Positions 1 through 13,559 of a DNA stretch of 64,000 bases are shown here, in pieces. A program made the translations under genes and the position numbers. The notes under the pieces are model-generated. The model ran no database searches. It was not told the DNA's origin and was given only the letters and a program-made list of their open reading frames with translations. The stretch's first letter is position 1. Each line of letters begins with the position of its first letter. The DNA is from Camelus dromedarius (Eukaryota), in contig NC_087437.1 of assembly GCF_036321535.1 (NCBI RefSeq), positions 111,602,001-111,666,000 of the forward strand, read 5' to 3'.

Positions 1-81
1 GTGCCCCCAAGCACACCTTTCCCACCTGGTGTGCTGGGACCCCTGGAAGGAAAGCCCTGGAAGCCCGGCTTCCGTGCCCAC

Positions 82-252
82 CTTGCTCAGGGCTTCTCTG
101 AAGAGCTGCACGAAGTCCTCCATCATCGCGGCTGTGTACACTCCCGACTCCCAGGCCTCTTTATTCAAACAGTGGTCAATAGTTTTCAATGCTCTCTTCA
201 AAATGACGGAAATGAGGGATAAAGCTGTGTGTTTCACTGCCTTGCTGTCCAA
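82..252 (-). CDS. URB1: URB1 exon 11 (171 nt; LDSKAVKHTALSLISVILKRALKTIDHCLNKEAWESGVYTAAMMEDFVQLFREALSK); gene continues beyond the window
   Basis: TTTTTCTTCCAG acceptor and GTGGGC donor; cumulative 1506 nt with no stops. Confidence 0.94.
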
Positions 253-2786
253 CTGGAAGAAAAAGAGTTAAATCCACCAATGTCTTGCGGCCGCGCTGGT
301 GGACACAGGTCGCCAGGGCCCTGGCCCTCCCCGGGTCGCACACAGGGAAGGCCACAGGAGCCCAGCGGACTGTGCACTGTGCAGACATGGCCCGGGGACC
401 CTGTCCCCTTGACCTACAGATTTGACCTCAGCAGTCACCCTGAAGGCGGTTACTAAATAAAGCAGGAGTCTAGTAGTCAGCCTTAAGTTTTGTTTCACTG
501 CTTGTTTTGGGAAGTCTCCTCTGACAACCGCTCAGCTCACACGGATTATCCCGACGCAGCAGCAACAATTCAGAGCCCACCAGAAGCCGACCAGCCTGTG
601 AGAAGCACTTCACACCAGGTGGAGGGTGACAGGCAGAGGCTCCAGGAACCGGAGCAGGAACAGCTGCCTCCAGGCTCGGAGCGCAGCCCCATCACAGGCC
701 TCCCACATCCAGACTCTCTACCTGGATTCAGAACGACAGCCAGGCGGGCCTTCAAGGTCTGAACTCACTGCAGAGTCTGAATAAGGTTCAAGAACCCGTG
801 CTGCTACCAAAAGGGGGGAAGGCTGGGCCCAGCTGGTTGCAGTGTGTCCTGGGCCAGCAGCAGTGAGGGCATCTCCTGGGCATTTGGAGACACGTTCAAT
901 CTCAGGGTCCAACCAGACCGACACCATCAGCTCCAGGTGATTCCCTAGGGCAGGGAAGTCCTGGGAGCACCGGCTGGGATACTGGACCTTCAAAGCCAGG
1001 TAGAAACAATAAGGTTTTCTGATGTACTTTTAGTTTAATAACACCCATCCCCCCAGCCGTCCAGTTAGCTGGGGGCTCATTTCACATGTTCACTGTACAC
1101 TAAAGAAGCACTATGCTAAATGTCCTAAACCAGGAATGACTCCCAACCCATCACCACTTCAAAGGCAGGACCCAAACAGGTGTTCACACATACACCCACC
1201 GGCTTAGAGCACAAGGCTCACCCAACAGCCTGAGACCCTGTCTCCAAACAGTTTCTTGTTTCCTGTTTCTAAAATAACTTCACTCTTTTCTTTCCGATTC
1301 TAAAATGTATGCTATTAAAATTTTGCAGATAATACCATAAAGAATAAAAGAAAAATGTCATTAGAAAAAAACCCCACACACTCGTAACTCCACCCCCAGA
1401 CACACCTGTCACTGGTGTCACTCATATGAACACACTGTCAGCACAGAAAGGGCCGCCGACGGGAAGGCAGAGCTGCGGCTTCCCCTCTGATGGCCACACA
1501 CGGGCCTGCACAGGATGGTAGCATCCGCAGGACAGAAGGCTGTGTCCTCTACCCAGAGGACGGAGCACATCCTAGGGGCACAACCCCTCTCCCGTGGAAC
1601 AGGAGTGTGCAAGGGGGCGAGACAGCCTCTCTAGCCCAGACTGCCCGGCGTCAGCTCGAAGGGGACCCTGAATGCAGCCAGGGGAGTTATCTTCCTCCCA
1701 GGAGGAGGCAGCACCAGACAACCTCCTCTCAATTCCACTTCCTTGCAGGTCCCTTGAGATAAAATATTTGGTGTCTCTCACAAAACAGCTGGGCCAGCCA
1801 CCTGGGACCTAACTTTGGTTATTAGGGTTTGGCAACAGAACAAAAGGCCTTCCTGCCTGGTCCCACCCAGGCCTCCTTCTCTTGACCCTGCACCCCCTCA
1901 CCAGCTGCTCTCAGCACAAACCCTGGACAGGTATCAAAAAATGCTCCATCCCACCGCACAATCCGAGGAGTGTGCACCACTTTGCAGAAACGGCCCCATC
2001 GCCACCAGGGCCTACAAGGTCAACCCACCACGGCAGACCCTGGTCCTGCTGTGTTCACATAACACAGGATGGGGTCTCCACCCACCCCATGGAAACCCCA
2101 GGCCCTGCATCCCTCTGCACACCTGGCCTCCCCCAGGTAGGTAGTGAGGCAACCTGGGTTTAGGAGGGGCTGGCAGGGCCAGGACCCACCTCACAGCCGT
2201 TCACCTAAGGCCAGGATGCTATGGTGAAAAATGCATGAGTCCCTCACAGTGGCCTTCTGATGGGACCTGGGGACCTTTATAATAAACAGTGATATGGAAT
2301 GCAGGTATCCATTTTTTCCACAAACACATCCTTCCTCAAACTCCTAACACAGCTGGTCTTCAAAGTAAATGTTCCCCAGAAAACTTAACACTATTCATTT
2401 AAACCACAAAAGAAAGGATTTGCTAGGTAAATTTCAGTCCCATCCTGTCCAGAAATTCTAATGAGACTTTAACACATGACACTGGGCTGGAGCTGGACAC
2501 ATTTCCTCTGACTCCCTCCTACCCTCGGAAAGGCCCAGAGCCGAGGTGCAGGGATCCAGCGGTCCTGCTCCGTGCTGGAGCTGTGCAGACACCCCTTAAC
2601 CCCCCATCCCACAGCAGGAATGTGCCTCGGGCCCCCGGACCCCTTTCTTAGATGAATGGACATGTGGAAAGTCTCAGAGGCTCACTAAACACGATCCATT
2701 ACATCCAGGCTGGTATTTTCAGAACCACCCCCTAGCACGGCCAGTGGGTGGGCGGGAGGGAGTCTGGAAGCAGGGTACCCACTCAC

Positions 2787-2924
2787 ATTCAATGCCTGGG
2801 TGAACATGATCTTATTGCACACGACGGGCGCGGTGGTCACCATCACCATCGTCAAAAGCCGAGGCAAGGGGATGAACTCTTTGGTCTGAAATGCCCGGGA
2901 AATGTCCGGCTGGGCATCATAGAT
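2787..2924 (-). CDS. URB1: URB1 exon 10 (138 nt; IYDAQPDISRAFQTKEFIPLPRLLTMVMVTTAPVVCNKIMFTQALN)
   Basis: CCTCTCCGTAG acceptor and GTGAGT donor; cumulative 1335 nt. Confidence 0.95.
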
Positions 2925-3981
2925 CTACGGAGAGGGGAACAGACAATGAGTTGGCACTGGAAGTGAACTTTCAGACCCGAGTCTAACTGTAGGCACCCAA
3001 CAGTGAGCTGCTCCGAAGAAACAATGATAGTAATAAAGGACCAAGGCTCGCCACAAGGAACAGGATCCAGAAGATCAACCCCAAAACCCACTTGTTAAAA
3101 TCAAGTCAGGTCACAGGATTGGCATTCCCAAGGACTTGCAAAGCAGAGCTTGGCCTGAGGTCTCGGGAGCCTCTTAAAACCTCTGCTGGCAAATGAGTCA
3201 CCGCTACAACTGACAAACGGATTACTCCCTCATCAGCTGCTGCCCCTGACAGGCACCTGACAAATTATGTCATCTTTTAACACTTCATGACAACGCTCTG
3301 GGGTAGGGAAACTTTATTTCAAAATAAACAGTGTTTACAGATGACAAAACTAGACCTCAGTGAGAGTGAGAGATTTCCCTGGGGCCTGAAGGCTGGAAGG
3401 CAGAGGTGGAAGGACTCACATCCAGCCCTCCAACGGGCGAGAGAGAGGAGCAGAGAGAGAGAGGTGTGAACTGATCGAGGCAGTATTGCCAAAGAATTTG
3501 TGTAGCTGGTAGATGAGGGGAGGCTGACATCTGTGATCAGAAGGAAATGAATTCACAACCACTTAAACAAACAGACCACAGTCAAACAGACTGTGAAATG
3601 ATTCACAGCTTATTTCAGGCTGTTGCAAGTACCTGAAATAGCAATCTTTAAAAACCATCCTACAGTTCAGATGTTTCACTAATTCCAGCCTCACTGCTGG
3701 AACCCATCCAGATCTCACTCCAAGCAAAGTCTGGATGAAGACGATGAAATTGGCTCAACAGACTCAAAAGCATAAACCTCGAAATTCAGCTCAGTGAAAA
3801 GCAAGTCGCTCTCGGAGGATAAAGGTGTCATCTAACACATCCCCTGAAGAACGGCTGAAGCCAGGTCTTCGTCCTGCAGAGTTTATCAGAACGTCACCCC
3901 CCACACCAGCTTGTACCCCCAACTCCACACACCCCGCCCACGACCCCATCTAGGAGACTTCAAAACACCCATGGGCTTCAC

Positions 3982-4177
3982 CTTGTTTAGCAGTTTGATA
4001 TTATTTAACCAAGTAGACTTCACTCTTGGGAGAAAGGAAAATGTCACTTCCTTGAAATACTTGTTCAGGAGGTCAGGGCACACCTTCAGGATGCTGACCA
4101 CCAGCTCAGCCACCAGCTCATCATCTGCGGCGGTTTTCAAACCCAACAGGAAGTGCAGGAGGGTCAGGTTCCCTCCT
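3982..4177 (-). CDS. URB1: URB1 exon 9 (196 nt; GGNLTLLHFLLGLKTAADDELVAELVVSILKVCPDLLNKYFKEVTFSFLPRVKSTWLNNIKLLNK)
   Basis: CTCTCTCTGACAG acceptor and GTGAAG donor; cumulative 1197 nt. Confidence 0.96.
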
Positions 4178-7100
4178 CTGTCAGAGAGAGAGCAGAGAAA
4201 GGGTGAGTAGAGAGCTTTCACGGCCCACGGAGAGCTCAGGGTGCCAGGCAGCTCCATCCTGAGGAACTGGCCTCAGTGAACACGGCTGTAACACAGCGAT
4301 GGGCAAGTTTCATTTCCGGTGAATTTCCCTCGTGGCACGAAAGTGGGATGTTCTCGTGGTCTGTGGGGTTCTCGCTCTCCACCCCAAAGCCTCAACTTCA
4401 CTCCTCTACCTCGGAGTGGCTAGAAAAGTCTCTACTTTGTCCTGTTCCCCATCTCTCTTTCCCCACCTCGAGTTCCACCTGACTTTTAAAGAAGAGGAAT
4501 AAATCCAGCCTCCCTTCTCCCCAGCCACCTTCAGTCTGCTACAAGTCAAGGCGAGCGTGAATTTTAAAATTTCTTTTTGTGATTTTCCTGACCTCGTTCC
4601 TCCAACCACACATGAAAAAGCAAGTATGTAAAGATGTGCGCGTTAAGTATAAAAAAATAGAGAAATGTATTTTGCTTTTGAAAAGATTACATTGTTTTTC
4701 TTTCCCATGAAGTACTGATGAATTGCCACGGTCCAGAGCGCCTCAAAATTATTTCTAGAACTCAGCCAGAAGGCACACAGTTTTTCCACAGGTCTTCTGC
4801 CTCCTCTGTTTCTAGCTTATTTCAAATTTCTACACCTTCACTTAGACACTGAAGGAAGCTAATATGGGAGGGAGGCACGCGGGATCTACTGTATGTAAAT
4901 AGTCAAAATTTGTCCCAAAGTGAGCAGTTTTCAAAGACATAAGATGATAACAACAGGAAAACCTGCAGATACTACAACTTAAAGAAAGTGAGCACCTAGC
5001 CGAGGATCTACGTGGTCAAACCCCCAGGACTCTGGGTTCTACCCGCAGCTACCTTTTAAGAAAAGGTCCCTTTTCCTGTCTGCTGGTCCCTGGAAAATCG
5101 TAACATCCAGAAAAGCCTCAGAACGTGCCTCACTGGCGTGTCATGTTGCTGGTTTCTAGGATAATCACTGTTTTGTAGTCTCATATAAATGCAGTATGAC
5201 ACTTTACAGATAAGAAACGTTTTCAACAACTGAATTAGAAAAAGCACAATTTTGATCGGAAAGCTATTCTATAATAAGCTTAAAATTCTTAATAGGAAAA
5301 TTTCATAAGCAAAACATACCTGTTGCTTTCAAATAAATGGAATGTTGAATCTGCAAAGAGTGCCCAAAATATCACATACACACACACGATTTTAATAAAT
5401 GATTTAATAAAATGAACAGCATTTATACCCACAGAGTTTGCAGCACATGCCAGACGCTGCTCGAGGCAGCGAGCACACACTACCTCTCTCTAGGGTGGGC
5501 AGTAACCGTACTTCCACTTTACAGACAGGCGACACTGCCAGAGAGGAGTAACCTGCTAAGGTCTCACAGCCACTCCAAAAACTGCTCTCTGAACCTCCAA
5601 ACGGCGGGCTGCAAGCTCTGGCCACCAGCCGCCTCTGTCAATACAGCTTCTCTGGAACCAGTTACATCACTCACTTATGTCACGGCTGCTTTGGTCCTAC
5701 AGTGGCCCAGTTGGGTGGTCACAGCAGGGACCACATGGCTCACCATGACTAAAATACTTACCATCTGGCCCCAAACGGAAAAGGTTTGCCAACCCTTGCC
5801 CACACACTAATGCCTCACTTTCAACACCTACTATGTGCCAAGCACTGTCCTATGCACTGCGGATTCAAAACAGACCAGCCTTTGTTCTCACCGACTCCTG
5901 CCTATTGGGTAATGAACGAAAGGACGAACAAATACGCAAGGCGGTGGTAAGTCCCTGTCACAGAAGCAAGGGCCAGGCCAAAGGACAGTGACAGTGGAAG
6001 GACTATCTCCAAAGAGGGCTGCCAGGGAAGGCGACATTTACCTAGAAACCTGAAGGAAAGGAAGGAGCTTTACAACCGCTGGGAAACCACGCATTTCAAT
6101 CCTCTCAAAGCTTTCCATTAACACTCCACAAACAAAATGCCCTCCGTCCCCCATCAGCACAAACATTTGTTTTTTGCCCATGGCTGAAAAATTTTACATA
6201 AACCACAGCTTATTTCCAACGACCCACACCCACAAGTTGATTCAATATGGGTTTATTTAACAGGAAAAATGTGTTTGAAGCATGGTGTTACAGTACACTA
6301 GACCGTCAAAGCCTGCGGATTCATTTTAGCAAGAAAATGAGCTTACTCTTACTGGGAGAAAAGCTACACTATGACCAAAACAAAGTTACAAGAAAAAGAA
6401 GTGATGAGGCAAGTTAATTCACAACAGTCACAGAACCAAGTTCAAAGCCACAAAAGCAAAGAGAAAAGTTCCCACCACATTAACCCCACGATGAAGGAAT
6501 CAGCCGGTTCCTGACTGGCTGAAATCAAACCATCTCTGTCCTTAAAATGTCAAGGGGTTAAAACTAAGGGTCATTTACAATGACCAGGAAATAAGTCCAA
6601 TATTTCTTATTGTCAAATGGAAAAAAGCAGGCTGATGAACAATATATCCAACTGGAGGCCTTTTTGGTTTAAAAGATAATGACACGGTATGTATTATAGA
6701 TCTATGGCTCTAAAGAGAAAGCCTGGAAGAACAGAATCTAAACCATTAGCTGTAGACTTAATGTTTCCTTACTGACGAAATGTTACCATAATGGTAAAGT
6801 ATGAAACAAAATGTAAAAACAAAACTTTGAAATTCTAATTCTTCAGCAGCCATCCCTGGGGACAGGGAGGACTGACTAGCTATCATGAACATGGACTTGG
6901 AACCAGATTTCTTAGGTTCCAGTCTGAGCTCTGCCACCTACAGGGAGAGTGACCTGACTACTCTGTGCCCAGTTCCCTCATCTGCAAAACTGGGGTAACA
7001 GTGGTTCCCACCTCAGGACTGCGGTGAGGCCCATGGTGGGGCCCACCGTCTCTGGGAAGGTGGACATAACAGACTTATTCGCAGATCCAGTGGACGCCAC

Positions 7101-7326
7101 TGTCCCCAGGTGAACACACACAGCACCTCCCTGGGTGACACACCACATACTGTGTGTCTAAGTCAGCTGCTACCCTGAGACTCTGCCCTGAGGGCACAAA
7201 GTGAACAGCAGTCCTCTGGGTCCCCAAAGGTTCACTAGACTTACTGTCTAAAATTCTAGTTCTAACCCACTTCAAATCCATCATCTGACAGATTTCCCCT
7301 AGAAGGAACACACACTCAGGACTTAC

Positions 7327-7451
7327 CTGCCGAAGGTACCGAGAGACGCGTCATAGAAGTTAATCCCGTGCTTGAGTGAACAGCAGAGGTCTGTCAGGAA
7401 GTTATGCACGAGCTCCCGCACCATGGCTTTCCCTGCGTCTTCAGCAGAAGT
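7327..7451 (-). CDS. URB1: URB1 exon 8 (125 nt; TSAEDAGKAMVRELVHNFLTDLCCSLKHGINFYDASLGTFG)
   Basis: T-tract...CCCTCATAG acceptor and GTAAGT donor; cumulative 1001 nt. Confidence 0.95.
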
Positions 7452-8138
7452 CTATGAGGGTTAAAAAAAAAATTCAATGAAAACCCCAAGTTCATAAGCC
7501 TTAGCAACAGATCCAGAGTAAAAACTAGACAAAATCACACACCTAATGGCAACTCAGACAACATTTTAAACACTTGCTCTAATTCAAAACCAAACAACTC
7601 CCCACCACCTGCCAAAAGAGAAACACCAATCAAACTTAAAAAACACTCCCTTATATGTGGAATCTGAAACAAATAAATAAATAAAATAATAATTTTTTTA
7701 AAAAAGCTCAGAGATACAGAGAGAAGATTGGTGGTTGTCAGAGGTGGGGGTCAGAGGGGCAGGGGAATGAGTCAACTGGGGTTTTTTGATTATTTGTTTA
7801 TTTCTTTTTTAGTTCAAACAAACTTAATTAAAATTTTTTTCTTTTTAAAGTTGAATAAAGAGGGAGTTGCTGGAACAACAAGAAACTACAGGTAACTTGA
7901 GATTTTATGTCATTTCTTGTTTCCCAGCACTTCACAATAAGGGTTCTCATTTAAGTCTTACGGCAGCCCTGTGAGTCTGGCAGCGCAGACACGATTACAC
8001 CCATTTTACATATGAGCAAACTGGATCAGGCAGCTAAGTCATCACTGCGCTAGGAAGTACAGAGCAGATCAGTATTAGTGGCCACAGCATATGCGTTAAA
8101 TAGAAAATGTTTTTCTAAGCTTTTTCTTGCTTTTGCAT

Positions 8139-8370
8139 TGTGATACTGTGACATAATTAAAAAATAAATATTTGGTTGTTGTCCCCAGTTCCTGGCACAG
8201 AGCTCTTAAAACCCTTATAATTTTCTGAGTGATGGGATGAGAGTCATGTCTCACACGGAGCTCTAAATCCCTCGGGATTTCCCAGATGACACAAGTATCT
8301 TTCGTTCTAATGAGGCAACTCTAAAGGGGCTCCTGCAGAGCTTCAGGATGGGGTCTGGGCATCACAACGT
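8139..8370 (+). mobile_element. LTR fragment (MER21-like)
   Basis: TGTGATACTGTGAC...GTTCCTGGCACAGAGCTCTTAAAACCCTT..AATTTTCTGAGTGAT. Confidence 0.6.
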
Positions 8371-8473
8371 AACCAGGAATGAGAGCATCACTTAACCCCC
8401 TGAATCTGAATGTCATCACCTATTAAATAGAATCATTAAAAAATAAAGATTAAAAAAATACTCCTAAGAGGGG

Positions 8474-8521
8474 CAGGTTTAAACCTGTATTTTTAAACAG
8501 GTTTAAACCTGTATTTTTAAA
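8474..8521. repeat. Perfect 2 x 24-bp tandem duplication (CAGGTTTAAACCTGTATTTTTAAA)
   Basis: Read directly; each unit contains the palindrome CAGGTTTAAACCTG. Confidence 0.95.
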
Positions 8522-9350
8522 CAAGCTTATGAATGACTTAATTTCTCTTGCTCTTTTGAATAAAATTCCACCTTTGGGAGTGTTTTTATTAAGCCCCTGA
8601 GGCCTCCTGGTTATAGAACGAACAAAATGTGTTCAAAACAAGAGGACGTGGGCAAGGCATGAAGATAAAAGGGAGTAAAATAGTGAGCTCTTGAGAGGTG
8701 AATTACTATGAAATCAGCAAGAAGTCTGAGCCTTCACAACTCCGGCCAAGTCCATGTTGAGAAACACCCGAGGAAAATCAAAACAAGGAGAATTAAAAGG
8801 TACACTGGCTTTGGGTCAATGTGAGAGCAACTGTCACAATTTAGCACTTGTTACAAAACAAACTACACATGTCAGTAGGTGAGGAAATTGAGGTTCCCTA
8901 GGATCCTGAAACAAAAGCAACAGGCCTTGAAATGCCAACGGCTGGATGTGAAAAGAATGGAAGGAGGAGGAGAGGAAAGTGAGGAGGAGAAGAGGAAAGC
9001 GAGGAGGAGGAGGGAGACAGGATCACCCCTGTCAGTCTACTGGGCACGCTGGCAGGGAAAATTAAGACATCACTCAGCCAAAGGGAATAACAGTGTTCTC
9101 ATTTAGAAAAAAGAAAAAAATTTACTATCATGAAACCTCAGAGATAGAAAAAAAAATCTTACTGTAAAAAAACAAAATTTGAAAATCATATTGCATCTAG
9201 GCAGAGAATTAATGTAACCACAAGCCAAAAAGAAACAGATCAAATGCGGAGACTTTTTTAAAGGCAGGTGTATGTTCAGATTCTTCAGTCTCCCAGCTGT
9301 GGGTACCACACACTAACAGCGAGGCCAAGTGAAACCAGAGGCGACCGTAC

Positions 9351-9476
9351 CTCGATACTTTCCAGGCTCACGTCGACAATCCCGTTCCAGCTGTAGAGAG
9401 ATGCTATGTGGTTCAGCACTTGCCCGGAAAAGAAACGCACCTTCTGGGTTTTTGTGATGTTTTTATTGTGAACTAC
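9351..9476 (-). CDS. URB1: URB1 exon 7 (126 nt; VVHNKNITKTQKVRFFSGQVLNHIASLYSWNGIVDVSLESIE)
   Basis: TTTTCAG acceptor and GTACGG donor; cumulative 876 nt. Confidence 0.95.
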
Positions 9477-10265
9477 CTGAAAATAACAGGAAAAAAAAAT
9501 GAATTGCAAGGAATTTGATTTTTCAAATAGTGTTTATTTTTTTGGCCATTATAAAAATAACATAGCTCTATGGCAAAATACTTAGCCAAAAACAAAATAA
9601 AACATAAAAAGGAAAATAAAACTCACCAATATTACCACCATCCTAAAACACCCACAGTTCACCTTTTGGTATATTTCCTTTCAGCCTCCCTGTCCCCTAA
9701 CCACACATAAAATACACATGTGTGTGTAGTATTAAGTTTTTGCTGGGGTGGGTTTTTTTTGGTCTCTTTGGGATTATACTTTCATATAGTTTTGTGCCTA
9801 TTTTTACTTACAGCATGAGCTGTCTCCACATCATTAAAATTCCTTTAGAGCCTCATTCGGTGGCTGGATATCCTTCAGCCTATGAGTGACCATAACTTAT
9901 TTAACCATTATTCCCTGGGTGTGTACAGTTAGGTGCCTTCCAAACTCTGGCTATGACAGAATCCTTATACAAAGTCCACACTGCATCCCTGACTATGGAC
10001 TCAGAATTACGGCACAAATTCTCAGCTCCACCCAAACTTACCCCTCAAACTCCGAACCTCTGAGAGGGTTTATGTATTTCAAGTACGTTCCCTGGGGATT
10101 CTGAGGCAACCTCCCACCCTCCACCTGGGTGTACTAACATTTTTAAGACCTCTGACACACACTGCCAGACCGGCTTCCCAAGCAACCTGCATAACCCATG
10201 GCTCTACAGTCCTGCAAAACGTCAGAGCAAACAAATGAGAGGAGCCTTCATCACCACACACGTAC

Positions 10266-10351
10266 CTTTGTTTTCAGTGTGGATAACAAAATATTGATGG
10301 TAGAGATCCTGTCCTCCTTTATGCCTGAACTAAAAATGCAAGGAATAAATT
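10266..10351 (-). CDS. URB1: URB1 exon 6 (86 nt; EFIPCIFSSGIKEDRISTINILLSTLKTK)
   Basis: TACTTTCAG acceptor and GTACGT donor; cumulative 750 nt. Confidence 0.95.
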
Positions 10352-10961
10352 CTGAAAGTAAAAGTTTCAAAGCATTAAACTCAACATTACTTCAAATATG
10401 AGAACAGACAAGAGAACATCACTTTTTAAACAGTACAACAGTACAGCAAACAATGCCATTTACTTGCTTTTTTTTTAAGTTTTTTTCTTTTTAATTATAC
10501 AAGTTCACAGTAGGAAAAATGTTTTCTGTGACACAGGAAGTCAATATTTAAAGGCAAAACAATGACTGAACTATTATTAAAGTTCAACAGTGATTTAGTT
10601 CTGTTTTACTTTCCTGTTTTCACACTAACTTAAGTAAAATTAATATAACATTCACGGTGTGAAAGAGAATGTATGGTATGGTTACAGTTTTCTCATGTTT
10701 CTCTCTCTGCTTAGACCTGCTCAGAGATGTATTTAAAAGGATGGTTTTCACTTTATTGATCGGCAGGAGAATCTGGGCTGATTTGTTTGCTTAGCTTTCA
10801 CCTCCCAACCCCGGGGGAGTCGGTCACCATGGCTTGGCACTGCGTCACTACTAATGTGCTGGTGACACTGGTCAACAGCGTCATAGCAATTACAATTTCT
10901 CTTGCTCCACACGTGCTTAACAGGCACACGTAATTTCTATAAAAGCAAGTTCATTATTCTT

Positions 10962-11040
10962 AAAAAAAAAAAAAGAAAAGAAAGAAAGAAAAAGAAAAAT
11001 GAGAAAATATCAAAGAAAAAAAAGAAAGAAAGAAAGAAAC
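10962..11040 (+). repeat. A/GAAA-rich low-complexity tract
   Basis: AAAAAAAAAAAAGAAAAGAAAGAAAGAAAAAG... Confidence 0.85.
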
Positions 11041-12488
11041 TTAAAATAAACCATTCCTCCACTACCTGGAGGTTAACACTGTTACTATCTGGGTTACCGG
11101 CTGACCATCAACCTTCTGATAGATCCATATTCTGCTAAATTTAACTTTTAGTAAAATGGGGTCATACTTTACAGTTTTATAAGTGAGTTTACACCCAATC
11201 ATACATCCTTTAAAAATCTGATATCAGTAAGTACATTTCTACATCATTTTTAAGAACTGCATCGCTCCTTATGACCAGCACTCAATTTACTTAATCAATC
11301 CCTTGCTGGTGGGTAGTTAGGAGTCCAATTTTCAGCTAATATGAAAAAATATCCCCTAACAAAACCTCTATTCACATCCTTAATTATTTCCTTAGGATAA
11401 ATGACTAGGCGCGGAGTGGCTGGATCAGACACTGTACATGTTTAGATGCCTTTGGCCAAACTGCCTGGCAGGAACACTGACTGAAGTGCATCCCTGCCCT
11501 GCAGCAGGGTGGACGGAAAACCCCAAACCACTCTCCTTGAATAAAAGGCCAGATGCTGAGAAGACCCAAGGGGATTCTGCAGAAAGACCCAGCCCTGGCA
11601 GCAGAGGGCACCCCGACCAGGCAACCATCAGGGAAGACCTGTCAGCTGCACCTGCAAAGGCAGCATCGCCCCGACAGCAACAGGGCAACCTGTGCGGATC
11701 AGGACCGACAACATGTGGGGAACTGCCACCCGCACCTGCTCATAAAGGGTCTTGGCAGCTGGCTGTGGAGGGGGCTTGGGTCTCCCACGCTGGGGGAGGC
11801 AAGGGGAGGCTGGAGACCGAATCGCAGCACCACGTTGTTCCTCCTCCCATGAGGCCCAGAGCACAGCCAGGACACCAGCCCCTCCCCACCTGCAGACAGG
11901 GTATGACCCTGGGGGACCTCAGTGAATGACTGCACATGCTAAGCACCGTCTATGCGCTGCCACTTACTGTCATCCTGAATTTCTTGCTAAAATGCAAGCG
12001 GCCCCAACAGATTAAACCACGCCATGCCCAGCTTGCCCTAGTGAGACAGGCACCAGGAGGCGGTCCAGTTGGAAACCTTTGAAGCTCTACTACTGACATT
12101 CTCGTAACACTGGGCAAAGCCATCAAAGTTGTTAAACTTTATTTTTTAAAAACACAACTACTAAGGAAAGCCAGGTAGCCAGGCTAGGAATCCATGTATG
12201 TTCTGGAGACACAAAGCCTCCTGTGTTTGCATGAGTCCCTGAGGTTTGGGTTTCTCCTCGGTGAGGATGCGGCTCAGCACCGCAGAGAGCAGAGCAGGGA
12301 CACCTGCGTCCACGCTGAGCGGCGGTATCAAGACCACACTGACCACGGCCCGCCGCACACGCACCCCTGGTCCTGGCGCACTCTGCAGCCACCAAGGCTG
12401 CAGGCTTCTTTTAACCTGCAAAATGCTTTGCAGTAGGTTTTTCAAAACCATGAGCTGGCTTCACCCCGAGACAAAGAGGCACACCTAC

Positions 12489-12585
12489 CTTTCAACTCCA
12501 GCACTTGCCCAACTGTGCTGTCATCGCCGGCGATCAAAAAGGAAAGGGCAAACTGAATGTAGGCCAGCCGGACGTCGGGCACTCC
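12489..12585 (-). CDS. URB1: URB1 exon 5 (97 nt; GVPDVRLAYIQFALSFLIAGDDSTVGQVLELK)
   Basis: CCCCCAG acceptor and GTAGGT donor; cumulative 664 nt. Confidence 0.95.
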
Positions 12586-13559
12586 CTGGGGGACGAAGGA
12601 GACACGTGTCACAGATGTATCCAAACACAACCCGAGGAAGCAGGACCATGGGGGAAGGCACACCCGTCCCATCCCAACGTCACAGAGGCCTCCCGGGCTT
12701 GTGCCACTGGAGGGTCTAAGTCTAACACCACTCTCAGCTCTTTACAGAAACAAAGGGGTTTCTCCTTTGCTCCTTCCCCCTCAGTCTCCTGCTCTATTTC
12801 TCCTTCTCTTTCAAGCTCTTTCTAAATACATAAGTAGAGGTGTCCCCTCTACCAACTGTAGTAATACACATTTTTAGCTCACAGACCACTTCTGTAAAGT
12901 GCCTAATACCTGTCTAGATACCATGTACTCTCACTTAATGAAACAATGTATCTGTCTTTTATAAAATCCAGAGATAATGGAAAGTCTAGTGCTGCTTTTG
13001 ATGAAACACCAATGACGTGATGTCTGGTCTTTGTTAGATATTCTAAATCTACACCTGACACCAACGCACAGACGCTGTCATGTGACAAAGCTGGCATAGC
13101 CCTCCCAGGGCTGCAGTCTGCGCTGTCCCACAGGCATCAGCCGTGACCCAGGACAGCGGGCATCCTCAACCAGGGCCCAAAGGCCATGACCAGCAGCCAA
13201 CACTTCAGGGGAAGCCACCTGGGCCACCTGATCAGTTTCCCCTCCCAGTAACTTTAAGACAAACCTGTGTCTTCAACATTCCTGTTTTCCACCCAAAGAA
13301 CCCATGGCATTTGGTCATGCAGGTCTCTTGTCAGCTGGACCAGAACCAGCACATACACTTCGATCTTCCACTGCTTAAACCGAAAACTTCCTATGTCACA
13401 GTCATTCCGAAGACACTTTAATTTTCTGACAAGAAATAAGTTGATACTACGGAGAACTATTGCCCTGAATGCCTGAAAAGATGAAGGAGACTCTGTCTTC
13501 CAGAGAGTCCCACTCCACTCAGGAGGAGCAGCAGAGATGGTGGCAGGAGTGACGATGAC

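Noticed and set aside
10352..12488. Orthologue of SNORA80A, which I recall being hosted in a human URB1 intron
   Set aside because: No match to the recalled SNORA42/80 family sequence was visible by eye in this intron. An Infernal search is needed to exclude it properly.
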